NCBI GenBank assembly: GCA_030704615.1
Contig: CM060734.1
Coordinates: forward strand, 57,288,001 to 57,352,000
Direction of reading: 5' to 3'
DNA: 64,000 bases
DNA from: Takakia lepidozioides
Lineage: Eukaryota; Plantae; Bryophyta
Shown here piece after piece: positions 26,104 through 39,500 of this stretch. A program made the translations under genes and the position numbers. Every line of letters begins with the position of its first letter. The first letter of the stretch is position 1. The notes below the pieces were generated by a model that was not told where the DNA came from, did no database searches, and was given only the letters and a program-made list of their open reading frames with translations.

Positions 26104-27933
26104 ATGGCATTGTTGAACCAGGCACAGTTGTTAGAGTCAGGCACCGCCACCACGGCCACTGTCTCTGAAAGAGGATCAAGAGCAGGAGCCAACATCACTT
26201 CTTCTGCCTCTCCATGGCATGTGAGGACACTTTGCAAGGCAGGACAACTGAAAAAGGTGCTGCACATTCTGAACCAAGGAAGCATTTTGGCAGGCTCCAA
26301 TACTTATGTCTGTCTCTTCCAGGAGTGCATCAAGAAGCAGTGCCAAGTGCAGGAGCTTAAAGGATGCATGTCATGTGTTCAATAGTATGGTTGAACACAA
26401 TGTGGTATCATGGACTGCCATGATTGCAGGATATGTCCAGCAAGGGTGCGGTAAGGAGGCTTTGGAGGTATATGAGGGAATGATAGGTGAAGGGGTAACA
26501 GCCAACCAGGTCACATTTGTTTCTGTTCTCGAGGCATGTGCCATAGAAAATACCCTTCTCCACAATGTGGGAGATTGAAGGATGCACGTGAAGTATTGCA
26601 ATATGGCTGAATGAGATGTTGTCGCTTGGAGTACAATGATTGCAGGATATGCACAGCATGGGTGTGGTAGGGAGGCCCTGCAACTCCTCGAACAAATGCA
26701 AGAGGCAGGCTTGCAGCCAAATCTGGAACATGGAATGCGGTGATCGCAGGATATGCTCAGCATGGATGCGGTAGGGAGACGTTGGTTACGTATGAGTGAA
26801 TGATGCAGGCAGGGGTGATGCCCAACAGGGTCACATTTGTTTGGGCTCTTAATGCATGTGCCAGCATGGCAGCCCTCGGAAAAGGGCAAAGAAATCCATG
26901 CTGACATCATTAAAGCTGGATCATTGTGGAGACAGCCCTTTCTGACATGTATGCCAAATGTTGAGGCATGAAGGATGCACGGCAAGTGGTTGACAACATG
27001 GCTGAAGGAAATGTGGTCTCATGGAGTGCAATGTTCCTAGGATCTGCTCAGCACTCGTGTGGTATGAACGCCCCGCAACTATTGAAGAAATGCAACAGGA
27101 ATGACTGAAGCCAAATCGTATCACTTTTACATGTGTTCTCTCTGCATGTAGCCATGTGGGCCTAGTGGATGAAGGCTGTCACTACTTTAACTCCAGTAGT
27201 CGAGATTATGGCGTCACTCCCACTGTGGAGCATGTTAGCTGCATGGTGGACCTTCTTGGCCGTGCAGGCCAATTGGATGCAGCAGAGGGCTTAATGAACA
27301 AGATGCAGGTTGAACCAGGTTGTGCAGTGTGGGTGTTGCTTGAGGCCTGCAGAATTCATGGTAGCATGGAAGTGGCCAAACGTGCAGCAAGATGCCTTCT
27401 CAAGTGGAATCCACAGAACGCAGCAACTTATGTGTTACTACCGAACATCTATGCTGCTGCTGGCAGGTGGGACGATGCAGCAAAAGGTGAGGAAAATGAT
27501 TCATGATAGAGGTGTCCGAAAGGAGCCAGGGCACTGCTGCATCGAGGTGGACAATCAGGTGCATACACTCATGGTAGATGACAATTTGCATCCACAAATT
27601 GTGGAAATCCATGCAGAGCTGAAGAGATTGTCTTGGCAGATGAAGGAGGCAGGATACTTGCCTGACATACGTTTCACATTGCATGAAGTTTGGGAGGAGC
27701 AAAAGGAAATCTCTCTGTGCACCCACAGTGAGATGCTAGCCTTTGCTTTCAGGTTGATTAGCACACCCACTGGGATGGCCATCCACATTATCGAAATCCT
27801 TCGGGGGTGTGGTGACTGCCACACTGCCACCAAGTTCATCTAGAAGATTGTTGGGCGTGCAGTTGTTGTACGGGATGCCAACCGCTTCCACCACTTCCAA
27901 GCTGGGGTTTGTTCTTGCGGGGATTATTGGTGA
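26104..27933 (+). pseudogene. PLS-class PPR-E-DYW RNA-editing factor pseudogene
   Basis: PPR motifs spread over shifting frames; E domain, KEPG box, HSE, CGDCH and terminal RFHHF...CSCGDYW*; several frameshifts and an in-frame TAG at 27841. Confidence 0.9.
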
Positions 27934-29361
27934 AAGGAGCAATATGCACAGTGACAATGGAAGGTTCGTAATTGCCAGTAGTTTTGTAGACAGAGTGTAG
28001 TTCAAAGTACCGAAACATTCCCGAACTTCCAGCAAGCAAAGGTACAATCAATGTGAGAGAGATAACCAAAGATAAAATGAGCTAGCCACATATACGGTAG
28101 AGAACATTGAAACCAAGGCATCACGACAAAACATTCAGGAAAGATAAATGGAAAAAGAAATAACAAGCTTCAGAAGGCAATGGGCTCTCTTGCTTTGGCA
28201 AAGGTTGACAACGAAGGCACCTGCCATTATCAAACTGATCAAGCGAAATGTAGTACATTGGCGATCACGTCATCTTTCCATCACAAGCAGGGCATTGGTG
28301 GCCAACGAATTCCTGTTAGTAAACATCTGATATTGGCTTCCACCTGGGCCCATGCATCTTCCCTTCATGTCTATTAGCTGACCGGGCTGCAGGAATTCTC
28401 TTCGTTCTTCTAGCTTCTTCCAACACATATTTGTAGCAAGCAGAGGTAGAGAAGGGAAAACGAAAGGGGACACAGAGGCCCGGCGTTTGTGAGAGCAAGT
28501 TGACCTAGGAGACGCGGATCGAAGAGCTGCCAGATGCTGAGGTATACAGTACTCGATTGAGGGCTATTTGATCAATCTGCAGATGTTTCACCCACTGGAT
28601 CTGTCGCTTGCTTCCATGCTGTTTCCTCGTGAACCTTTGACACGGTTATTTTTCCCATGCCTCTGTTAATTTGATGAAAAGGTCCTCCACCCCCTTATGA
28701 CCCTTCTGTTTGTCTTCAAACAAACAAGTCGCTGAGTGATGTCTCTCCGATTCCTTGTATGGGCAGAACATTCCTTGTCATAAATAAGAGCGAGAGAGAG
28801 AGAGCAGCATCCAAAAAATCACGGATAGCAGGATGGTGCATCAGCTCTGTACAGAAAACCACAGACTACAATTACGATACGGTCCAGAGCTGAAAAACCA
28901 CTCCACAAGATGCCCAATAATGTCACTGCCCAATTGACAGAACCTGGCCGCAACGAAGGGCGGTATCCTGCAAACGTTGCGGGAGAGAGACCGCCATCAC
29001 TGCCCTCACTCCAGCACCCCCTTACCTTCAGCTGACACGTCTTCAACAAACAATTCGAACTACCAACACCTCTAAGCTATCATCTGACACATTCTAGATC
29101 ACATTCTACAAGAAGTCCATTCTCACTCCATCATCTGAGATATCATGCTTCACAAATCTCCTCTTCTTACATTTCTTGTGGAGACCTGATTCCTGTCATG
29201 CCCTGAAGGCAGGGTATGAGAATTTTAACTACGTACTCCTGTAGAACGTGGATAACTCCTACTTTCGGTTCTTCTTTTCTACCCAGGCTTTTCAATTTGA
29301 TAGAATCTGAGAGATCAGAGAGATCGATCATAAAGAGAGAGGGTGGGGCCGTGTGTGGCTC

Positions 29362-29700
29362 ATGGCGACACCGCTTATAGCAGGTCTGGCAGTGGCAGTG
29401 GCGGCTATGACGGCAAAGTATGGGATTGAGGCGTGGCAGACCTTCAAGGCCAAACCTGCAGTGCCGCGCATGCGCAAATACTACGAGGGTGGATTTCAGG
29501 CTGTGATGACGCGCAGAGAAGCTGCTCTGATTCTCGGTGTGAGGGAGAGCGTCGCGCAGGAGAAGGTGAAGGAGGCGCATCGGCGGGTGATGCAGGCGAA
29601 TCATCCAGATGCAGGAGGCAGCGATTATCTGGCCTCAAAGATCAATGAGGCTAAGGACCACTTGCTTGAGCAATCCCGGGGTAGTGGGTCTGTCTTCTAA
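29362..29700 (+). CDS. PAM18: Mitochondrial import motor J-protein PAM18/TIM14 (112 aa, single coding exon)
   Basis: MATPLIAGLAVA..., YYEGGFQAVMTRREAALILG, NHPDAGGSDYLASKINEAKD with intact HPD motif. Confidence 0.95.
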   Translation: MATPLIAGLAVAVAAMTAKYGIEAWQTFKAKPAVPRMRKYYEGGFQAVMTRREAALILGVRESVAQEKVKEAHRRVMQANHPDAGGSDYLASKINEAKDHLLEQSRGSGSVF

Positions 29701-30198
29701 AACTGCGGTTCACAAATTCTCTCTGGGTTTTCCTTGTGAGTTTTAGGTCTCAGAAATCCTTAGTCGGTCTAAGTGCGAGGGCATAACTTTCCTCCGTTCC
29801 AAACCTTTGGATCACAAGCTTGGCTTTCGCAAGACAGAAAGGCCAGATCCGCATGTTCATTTGGACTACACAGGGCATGAGATGAGAGTGTGCATGCACA
29901 CCCTTCCGTGGATACAGATAGACCCAACACAGGGAAGACAACGAGCCTAAGATCGTGACCCGAAGCAGTCTGAAGGATGTTGGATCTCCCTGTGATCCAG
30001 GGAGAGAAAAGAAAAGGAACCAAGAATGCTTTGTAAGAAAGATGAAGAGACAAGTTGTCTCCCTTCCACCCTCCGGATCTGCAACCCTTATGAAGGGCTT
30101 AGTTGGTATACTGTCTCCGGGGAACAAGTGGCAATAGATACATCAGGGCCTCTGTCCCCTGCTCTGTTGAAAACAAAACGTCAGTCGCTGCTGTGCAC

Positions 30199-30615
30199 AG
30201 TAGTTGAACTATGTGTTGTGTCAAAAGCACACTGAAAGAAGCAAGAGTGAAATTAGTGCAGTTTATGCTAACTTCACGTGTACCCATTGTGCAATTTCTG
30301 TGAAACTAGACTGGGGACCAGCAGTTGGGGAAACAAAGCTCACATGGCCAGAACTTGAAAAATGTGTTTTAGACAGGCAACCTCTGTAATTTGTTCTTAA
30401 AAACAGAAGCTCTGATTGCAGTCCCTGCTGACCAGTAGTTGAACTGTTTTTCATGTCACAAACACACTGACAGAAGCTAGAGTGAAATTTGTGCAGTTTC
30501 TGTGAAGTTAAAGTGTACCCATTGTGCAATTTCTGTGAAACTAGACTCAGGACCTGCAGTTGGGGAAGTACAAAGCTCACAAGGCTGAGAAATGGATGTT
30601 TTGTAGACAGGCAAC
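30199..30615. repeat. Diverged tandem duplication (two ~185-bp units)
   Basis: AGTAGTTGAACT...GTGTACCCATTGTGCAATTTCTGTGAAACTAGACT...AGACAGGCAAC at ~30199-30382 and ~30434-30615. Confidence 0.8.
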
Positions 30616-31191
30616 ATATCCAATCTCCTTACCCTCACGGCAGGTCAGATACAGAGCAGGAACAAAGGACAGACAAGAAGGAAGGACTCCCAAATGTATG
30701 TTTATCTTGTCTTTTTTCTCAAAAGCTACTCTCAAAACAGAGGACCCTAGTACCAGGGAAATGACTGATACGGCCATGTGCAACTCACTCTATCAGAAAA
30801 CTACTCTGAATCTATCCCAGAAACTGTCCGGTGGTCTAGCTTACCTTGATGCAACCAACTGCTGCTGCAACATCTCGCGAAAAACAACACCATAAGCATA
30901 AAAAATCGGTGAAACAATACCAATTCATTTTGAGCTAAAGAGAAAAAATGTGCAACATTCAAAACAGAGACAAAATCCTAGATCACTTGACTATAACAGA
31001 GAAAAGTCCTCTGGACCGAAGAGCCCTCTAGCCTCATCTATCTCTGGAGGCACACACAAGAAGGAAAGAAGGGATCTAACTTGACCATGTAACCATCCAC
31101 AGAACCATGGAATGTGGAGTCTCCAACACATGTTGGGGCCCAACCCTCTTGAGTGAGGCCTACATTTGATCGAGTAACAAGTGTAGGATGC

Positions 31192-34100
31192 TCATGCCGA
31201 GTATAACAACGATGAAGTCTTCATGCAAACTTCTCCTCGCTGATTCTTCCGGATGGTCTTGGAGGGTGGTGCTGAGCAAACACCAGGCTTGGAGCCCTGG
31301 TATGCCTTGCAGATGTAACTCACCACATCTTCGTAATCCTGTCCACCAACAGTGTCTAAGGCTTAAACACTGATCTTACTTAAATATTCATAGAGCTTGC
31401 ATGTTATCAAAATGACAAGGACCATCCCCACTTGGATACTAACAACCTCATTTAAGTAAATCATGAAAGCTCATAGCTTTCACTGACCACAAGAGACCAA
31501 GCAGATAAGTACGTACATCATATAGTGGTTCACCGTTCACGAGCACCCATGGTACATATGTATGTGGTGGGTCCAGACGGTCTGTCTCTGCTGCAAATTC
31601 CACTTCCAGCTGCCATCAACCAACATCATCAGTCTCTTGCCATTAACCACGCTCTCCTGGTTGCCAACTCCATCCATGCCTCTAGGTTTCCCTTCACACA
31701 AGCATCAATCTGCTGTGTGTGATTTGCCCAATTGTTTGAGGAGATAGAGAGAGTGGGAAAGAAAGAGGGAATGAAACAAACTGATGATGTCCATGGAAAA
31801 ATACACAAGGCGTTGGCATGAAAGAAGTTGGTAAGTCTGGAAAACTCGGATCAATTGTCTATTTCAAGGTAAGTCATACTGCCCCTGACAAAAGTAGTTT
31901 CTGTCCCTTTGTGTTCTGTTCAAACTGGGCGCAGGGTCAATGGCCACAAGGCTATGGCAAATGTCTTATGAGTACATTCTAACCCCCACGACACAACCAC
32001 AAATGGTGCATCCTTCATCAGATCATTTGGCAGCACGTAACAGACCAAGCAAAGGCTCTGCACCCTCTCTCTGAACTACAAGGACAATGTTGCTAACTAC
32101 ATTGTCCTGGGCACATGGGATCAACTTGGCTCAATGGAAGAAACTGCTGGAGACACTAGCCTCTTTCATGGATGATGATTGGCCCTAAAAGAGCCACTGT
32201 GTTTAAAGTGCTTTCGTGAAAGTCCCTCCAGCATGAGGCAGTCTCCTGGGTCATCGTCTTTCTCCACTGGCTTAAGGTGAAAGCATGGCACTAACTGCCA
32301 GCCAGGGCAGTTTGTGTCCTGCAGATTTTGCCAAGGAGGGATCAACACACCCCCACCAATTCAATCTACCAACAGATGTCATCCTCACAAGGAGCTTAGC
32401 AAATTCCATGTCCAATAAACATGTGAACCAGAGTGCTACTATGAATCAACTCTAATTTGTACAGGACATCTTTCTCATCACCAGGGATAGCCACATATCC
32501 TGCCTTCTACCTGTCCCAGATTGGTTTTCAGAACCTTCAAACGGAGACAGAGCAGTGGACGAGAATGCCCATCGACGCTCGGATTTGCGCAGTGTGTACC
32601 CAAGAAGTTGAGACAGTGTAGTGATTATTATCCTATGACATCAGGTGCAGGCAACAGAGTCTCTTCAGGGGTTGCATCTTTGGTAGAGGCCTCCAGCTTA
32701 GAGGACCAGAAGAGCTTGGCCTATGTGGTTTTGTCTAGATTATCAAGGCCATCTCTGTTCAGGGTCATGTGTTAACGTGCTTTTTATATGTACTTCCACT
32801 TTGTCCCATGGGCCCTCTGGACTGCCCATGCATGAAATTTCTCTCTGAGTCTGTGTCCTACTGTTGGTATTCTGTGGTTCTACTGCAATTTGTCCACCCT
32901 TTCCCCTTTGGCCCCTCCACGGATGTAATACATTTGTTTGTTTGTTTGTTTTTGTGGGTGTTTGTTTCTTCTTATCATTGAAAGAATGAGACATACCTTG
33001 TCCCCAAGACCACTTGAAGAACATTCAAGGAGAGGAGCAAGGTCCAGGCCAGAAGGGTCAACACATGACTTCCATTGCTGTGCTGCTGTTGCCCTTGGAA
33101 GATCTTCCAGGCAATAGATGAAAGGAAACCAATCCTTCTGTCTCCAGATCCACAACCACAGCCAGATTGTCAAACCTTCAAATCACTGTATTTGAACACT
33201 GAAACTTATAAGGGCATCTCCCTTTCACTCTCACACGTACATGACATCCACGCATGTCGAATACAGATGACACACTACTTCAAGCTAATCTATAAGCTGA
33301 GGGAGGTGACATTTCACAACAGATACAGAAGCCCCGGAGGCCAAGGATCCTGTAACCCCCTCTCTTGGAGATACTCTTTATGTCCTCCACATGAGTGGAT
33401 AAAGAGTGGCAGTTGCGCAGCAGTATAAACAGCAAGGTATCATACAATATCCTTACACCACTCACTATATCATGGACGCAAGCAGATCCCTTCTTTCTTC
33501 TGGCAGTGAGTAAGAATGACAAAAGCATGGCAGGATAACTTTGAAACGGCAGAAGACTGTGACAGTAATATCTACCACTTTAGGCCACAAGCGGATGGCA
33601 CACGTCTGTATGACATTCAGGTCGCACTCGTCTTGCCCATGCTGCCCCCCACAACCACAATCAAAAACTCACTCCACTTAGAAGTCAAGCATTGCCTGCA
33701 GACACATCAACTGACACCACCAATACATTCGTTGAAAGCATCCAGCTGTCTTTGAAGTCTACTGGTCTTGAAGAACTAAACATGTGAACGGAATCCGAGG
33801 GGCCCGGAAAATTGAGAGAGAGAGAGAGAGAGAGATATTCGATTGCAGCTTTGTGCACATAGGCACCTGATTTGGATGAATCAAAAAGGGGAGGAGGAAG
33901 GATAGGTGTGGGATGGAGCGGAATGGGGTCGCTTATCTCCATTGCAAACAGCCCCTTCTGTGAGAAGAAGAAAACCTATTATGTCAAAACTGCATGCGGG
34001 GAATCGCTCGAACGAACAATGTTACGCTTAGGGGGCAGTGGCCTAGGACAAGATAGACCTCAAGAGGAGCCCAGTGGTCTTACAAAATCTACAGTTGGCT

Positions 34101-35705
34101 ACTTGAGCCATAACAAGCTTCTGCAGACAAAATAACAGTATGGCAAAATACAGGAGGCTCATATCATAGAGAACACACCTGGCAAACAAAGGAGCCATCT
34201 TCGTATATGCGGGCATTTCCATATGGGATAATCCGAAGGTCCACAATGTCAATGATGCCATTGGTAAAGAAGGGAGCAAGGATATTGCGGATGAAGTTGG
34301 AGCAGTACGGGCACAACGACTCCGAATACAATTCAACCTTCACTTTCTGGACACCTGCTTTATCCCAGAGACACATCACCATCAACATCCTGTGCCCAGG
34401 CTCAAATCTGAAGCTCCCTCCCCTTCCCTTCTCTCTCGCACGTATACCAAGCGAGGTCCCCCTGTTTATGAGAGCCTGCAGTGATGGCAATGATCGTCAT
34501 CCTGTTCTGTAGCTCTTCTCCTTCTGTTATTTCCAACCAGGCTGCAGGTTTACCACCGCAAAGCTTGTGCAGGCATTGGCCACTAATAGTGCATCAGTAT
34601 CTCTTTTCTGTCCCGAACTGCTGCCATGCACTGGCTTAATTGTATAGTACTGGGTAAAGCAGTCTGTAAGAAGTGATACTTATAACCAACCCAATTCATA
34701 ATTTAGAACAGCAAGAGCACAGCTCCATGAAGCTAACAAGAACACCAGAACCAACTTTTGGACAGCGGTTGCCTTTCACAACTTCCGTAGACCACCATCC
34801 TGCTCTCTTCCATCCTTCTATACCGTCGAGACCTTGTGCGGCCCCGAGCTACGGCATCTAATGACGACATGTCTATGAAGTTTTGAATTTTTCCCGATAA
34901 CCACCTCGAGAGAACTGCAGGAGGTACAGGCAAAAGAGTGATGCTAACATTCGTATGGAATGTCATGGAATCATGACTTAGAGTTGAGAAAAGGAAACCT
35001 ACAACACTTGTGAAAAAGTCCACATGAGCTCAAAGCCCACTTATACCATCTGAGAGATGCACATCTCGCGATACTACAAGGTAAAGAGAACTCAAACACT
35101 AATTACACTACAGCAATGGAAAAAAGAAAACGAACATTTGAGATGCAGGAGTAACAATCGACCAACCACAAACTGGAAGTTGTAGGCATCATGCAGCTCT
35201 TAACAACGCAGGCGAAGGACAACTATTTGGGCGAGAGTCAGGAGGACGATCAATTGAGTGCAAGAAGGATTGGAGAGCCAGGATGAGTAAAATCAAACTC
35301 CAAACTGTGTGGTTTTCCTATGACAATCCTACAGAAGATCAATTAAACGAGAACTCACGGCTTGAAAATGGCCGACATCAGTCTAAGACAGACTTCCATT
35401 CCGTGCAAATTTCGTCACGGATATCTCCTCAAAACAACGTCCATAACCAGTACTTCAGAGAGAGACCGAGGAGAACCATTCATCGTCATCCCAGCAGCAT
35501 TGATAATCAAAATGTCGAATTCAGCAACTACACCCTTACAAAGCCTACAGTGAAGTCCAGTTCGAAAGTCTTCAAAGAAAAACACCACAGAAAATTACCG
35601 AGAGAAAACAATGACTGAGCCGAACCCACCTTGAGAAGAAGGGACGATTGACAACAGCAGCAACGCCAGAATCAAGCACCACGTCTGCGTAGATGTGCTC
35701 GTCAT
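31192..35705 (-). CDS. GILT: GILT (gamma-interferon-inducible lysosomal thiol reductase-like), ~232 aa; exons 35705-35630, 34354-34179, 33641-33576, 33137-32997, 31609-31517, 31338-31192
   Basis: Signal peptide; [12 protein letters not shown] (CXXC), [16 protein letters not shown] signature, FIYCLE, HTYVPWV, ICKAY; six GT/AG exons splice into one open frame. Confidence 0.92.
31681..31976. mobile_element. Short LINE family A 3' fragment in a GILT intron, split by a local inversion
   Basis: 31836-31976 matches the LINE 3' end on the plus strand; the preceding LINE segment lies on the minus strand at 31681-31732. Confidence 0.75.
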
Positions 35706-36011
35706 TGCTCCCTCGAAAGCAGTCCAGTGTGGAGATGGAGCCCGATACATTCTACCCAGCCTTCCTCTAGTCCTCTTATACTCACACGTGTGGGTCGCCC
35801 GACCCGAGTCCTCTCCGGGCCATTCCCCCGCCCGGTGTTCTGAAAGGACCAAGTCAGATGAATGTGGAACACATTTATCATTCATCCATTTTTTAGTTGG
35901 AGATATCCGTCTTATTGGGGTTTAGGGTTTCCAGACCTGGCACCAAAGTTCATCTCAAGGAAATTTAATCATGCAAGACAGAAGACATTGCTTCCAATGC
36001 CTCTCATTGTT

Positions 36012-36555
36012 CAATAATAGGGTCATGAATGCACGGGCGGGCCCCGCCAGTACGACCCTTGGGGTGAGCTCATAAGGTGAGCTCATAAGCCCACAGGTGG
36101 GCGAGATTCTGAAATTTTTTTAAGTCCTTGATAATCTACCGTGGCGGACCTTCCAGCGGACTAGGGCAGACCCTCCAACAAACCAACTCCAACCTTCTAG
36201 CAGACCCTCTAGCAGACTGGCATACCCCCTCCAGCAGACCGGCAAACCCTTCGACAAAATATGTATTTAATAACACACATTACTACCAGAGTACAATGTC
36301 GCCAGATTTGAACACCATACCTCATGCTTATTATTTATTGCTCTTAACTACCACACTAGATGCTACTTTATACAAACCTTTGTAATAACTAATGCTTTAT
36401 GTGCATATTGTGGGCCCCAGCAGACCAGCTTGCCGGGCAGACCTAGCAAGCAAGCAGAATGGCGGGTCCGGGTAGGGGCTCTCCCACCCTCCACCCCTCT
36501 GCCACACTCGGGCCCGCCGCAGCCACCCGCGCGGGCATTCATAACCCTATTATTG
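36012..36555. mobile_element. ~540-bp TIR element (MITE, hAT-like core terminus TAGGG) upstream of GILT
   Basis: CAATAATAGGGTCATGAATGCACGGGCGGG versus right-end reverse complement CAATAATAGGGTTATGAATGCCCGCGCGGG; internal CAGACC repeats; no TSD found. Confidence 0.7.
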
Positions 36556-39500
36556 TTAAATGAGAAGCGTTTCCAATTGGGGATGGGAGGTGACCAATGT
36601 TTTCTTTTTCACTTTTCCAAAATCGCAGGCACGGTGACATGTAGATTCTACCCGGTGCCTATATGGCGAGAATAACGAGGTGTTATAGTTAGAAAAGTGG
36701 CTATATTACAGGTGTCATATTTTAATAGGTCCACGTAGGTCAAGTCTGGCTCCTGATATTCGACCATTGACGCTTTCTGGCGATTTTTTTAATTTTTACT
36801 CCCGTAGTTCCTTAGTAAAAGTAGCTGACCCATTTTCTAGGTCAAAATCTGGCGATTAATTTTCGCCAGATTAAAAAACACTAGAGGTGAGAGAAAGAAT
36901 TTGTTGCTTGTTGGATTTAACAGTCACTAGTTCACATTAGATCCTCATTTACACATGATATAGGCAACATCCAAGCTACAGAGAACCTTGATGCAGAGGA
37001 GTTATCAATAGGATGAACAGGCAATTGCAATCCAGTATGAGTCTAGATCCAGAGGAGGTATCAATTACATAGAAAGCCAACACTACATAGTGGTTGTGTC
37101 AATTGCGAGGTCAAACTTTTAGCTGTTGAGTTCTATTGCTAGACTTCTAGTTGTGGCGCGGAAGCAATGACAAAACAATGATGTGTTGTTGTTGGAGAAA
37201 GAATACAATGCAAAGTTAACCTCAACACTACCAGTCGCTAGTGTAAGCCAGCAAATGGGGTTTCTCATTCACCACTAAGCACCTCAAAACAATATCCATC
37301 CGATCCACTAATATTGCACATATCGGCCCACTAAACTTCAATCCGCTTACTGAAACTTAGTATGTTGCAAACTTATGTAACTAGGCAACAGCTAATTATA
37401 TTGAATTTACGTCACTTCTGACTGTGAGCGAAATTGGGGTTTGGTTTTGGTTTTTTTTTTTTTTTTAAAGTTTCTTCTTTTCAAGCCCTTCTATATGTTT
37501 AACATTATATTTAGACACCATGGAGACCTATTACCTGGTCACTGGTTGTTTGGACAAAACATAGAATATACCCAATTTTATCGGACAATTTCTTGGCAAC
37601 AGACAAGGCCCTATGTCCATCTATTATATGTATTTTCGCTAACATACATATCACCCATATAACCGTGGATCCTGCTCACGCGGCCATTTTTTTGGTGCTC
37701 ACGCGGTACCAACGTACCAAACCCCCTCTAGAAACCGAGTTTCGCTGGCAAAAACCATTTGCGTTTGCTGACGAAACCCCTTTTTGTTCTTGCCACATTG
37801 CTCACGTCAGTTAAGCTTTGGACAATTAATTTCATGGTTTTTTTCGCGTGAGCACGGTTTTCAGATAATTTCGTATTTCTTATCGCGTGAGCGCATTTTG
37901 GTTTTGCAATCGCATATTCTTCAGAATCTTTTGGAATGTTTGGAATATGCCTTTGTGCTCACGCCCGCATGCTACCCAACCTCTGTCTACAGACATCAGG
38001 ACCACCCTATAGATTGATGTCATCTCTTACATGACCCATCTGCGAACATGGCCAATCAGTATTGACACTAAAATACATTGGCAATTCTTACAAACTAGAA
38101 GAGTATCAGCTAGGATGAAGCACATCTTTTGATGAATGATGAGTGCTAGTTGGGTAGCTGCAACTTTATTCATCATCTTGTTGGAGCTCTGAAAGATGTC
38201 GGTACCACTTATGGGGCCCCGATGCCTCAAAATCTAAAGCATGGAGGCAGCGGTATCTATGTAAGGACAACTTGTTATTGAGCAACACGTTACACATTCT
38301 CTCATACTCATAGATTTGCAGCTGCCATAAACATGCAAAAACTTATAGATGCATTTGTAAGAGTGTTTCTTTAAGAGTAAATGTGTGGAAAATTGGGTGT
38401 ATGATCCAATCCATTTGTATTGATTCGGGTGTGTGTAGAACAGCACTTCATGTGGTCATTCTGGTTAGGGTTGTTGGTCTGGTTGAAACTTGAAACTTTC
38501 CTCAACAGCACTCTGTAGCTCGTGACAGCACTGGCTGGCACCTACCATTTTGTCTTAGGATTGTAGTATGCAATTTCGGGCAAATGCAACTTTCCCTTCA
38601 ATTGCATGCAGAATATCGTAGAATCCCTATAATTGTCATTTCCAACTTCCCAATAGTGTCCAACTGTAGGTGTGCGTGTTTATGTATGTGTGGTACGATC
38701 TCTGGTGTAGACATCCAATAGTCCTCCATTGCTCATTGCTCATTGCTCATCGCGCCATCCATTGCCCCTAGGATATTGAAACTCTCGTAAATGTGATATA
38801 TTTTGAAATTGGAGAGTTCCATCGGCAAATTTAAAGGAAAAAAAACTGCAATTGTACGTACAGTTTCATAAGAGAGCATAATCTTAAAATCAAAGTCTCA
38901 GTTGGTTAGTGCACTGAGTACCACCCAGATGATTCTGGGGTCAAAATTTCTTGCTACTTGACGGGTGTGGTATACCCTTCTCCCCCTTCCTAGGGCGGTG
39001 TCCCATTTCCCAGCCTCCATGGCATGGTTACTGTGAAAGAGGTTATTTTCTTCTCTCACTATTAAGGGGCATTTTTAAAAATAATAATAATAAAAGGGGG
39101 AGGAAGCCCTGTAATTCATATTAAAGAGATGTCCCAGAAAAAAATAACCAGCAAAGAAGGCCATAAGGGCTCACATCTTGGAAGATTGGGTGCAACCCAG
39201 GACCGCCCACAAGGCGAACATAAAGCTTGAAGCTATGATAAAAATCTCTAAATGAGCAGGGAAGCCAGTGATATGTAGGACTAACCTGCCAGAAACTAAG
39301 AGCTACAGATAATCCTAATAAGAGAAGCCGTTGGTGCAGCATATCAGCTCAATACTGACCAGTGCCTAAACCAAGCCAAAAACATACTAATGCCAGAGCC
39401 AAGCAACCATGAGAAGCAACTGGAAAGCAGAAGCACTTACCAGCGCCAGGCCCAAGCCAGAATCTAACTAGAGCGGAACTACTGGAGCCGTTCTTGACTA

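Noticed and set aside
27841-27843. In-frame TAG in the DYW domain as a possible U-to-C editing site
   Set aside because: Nuclear gene with many additional frameshifts; ordinary decay explains it
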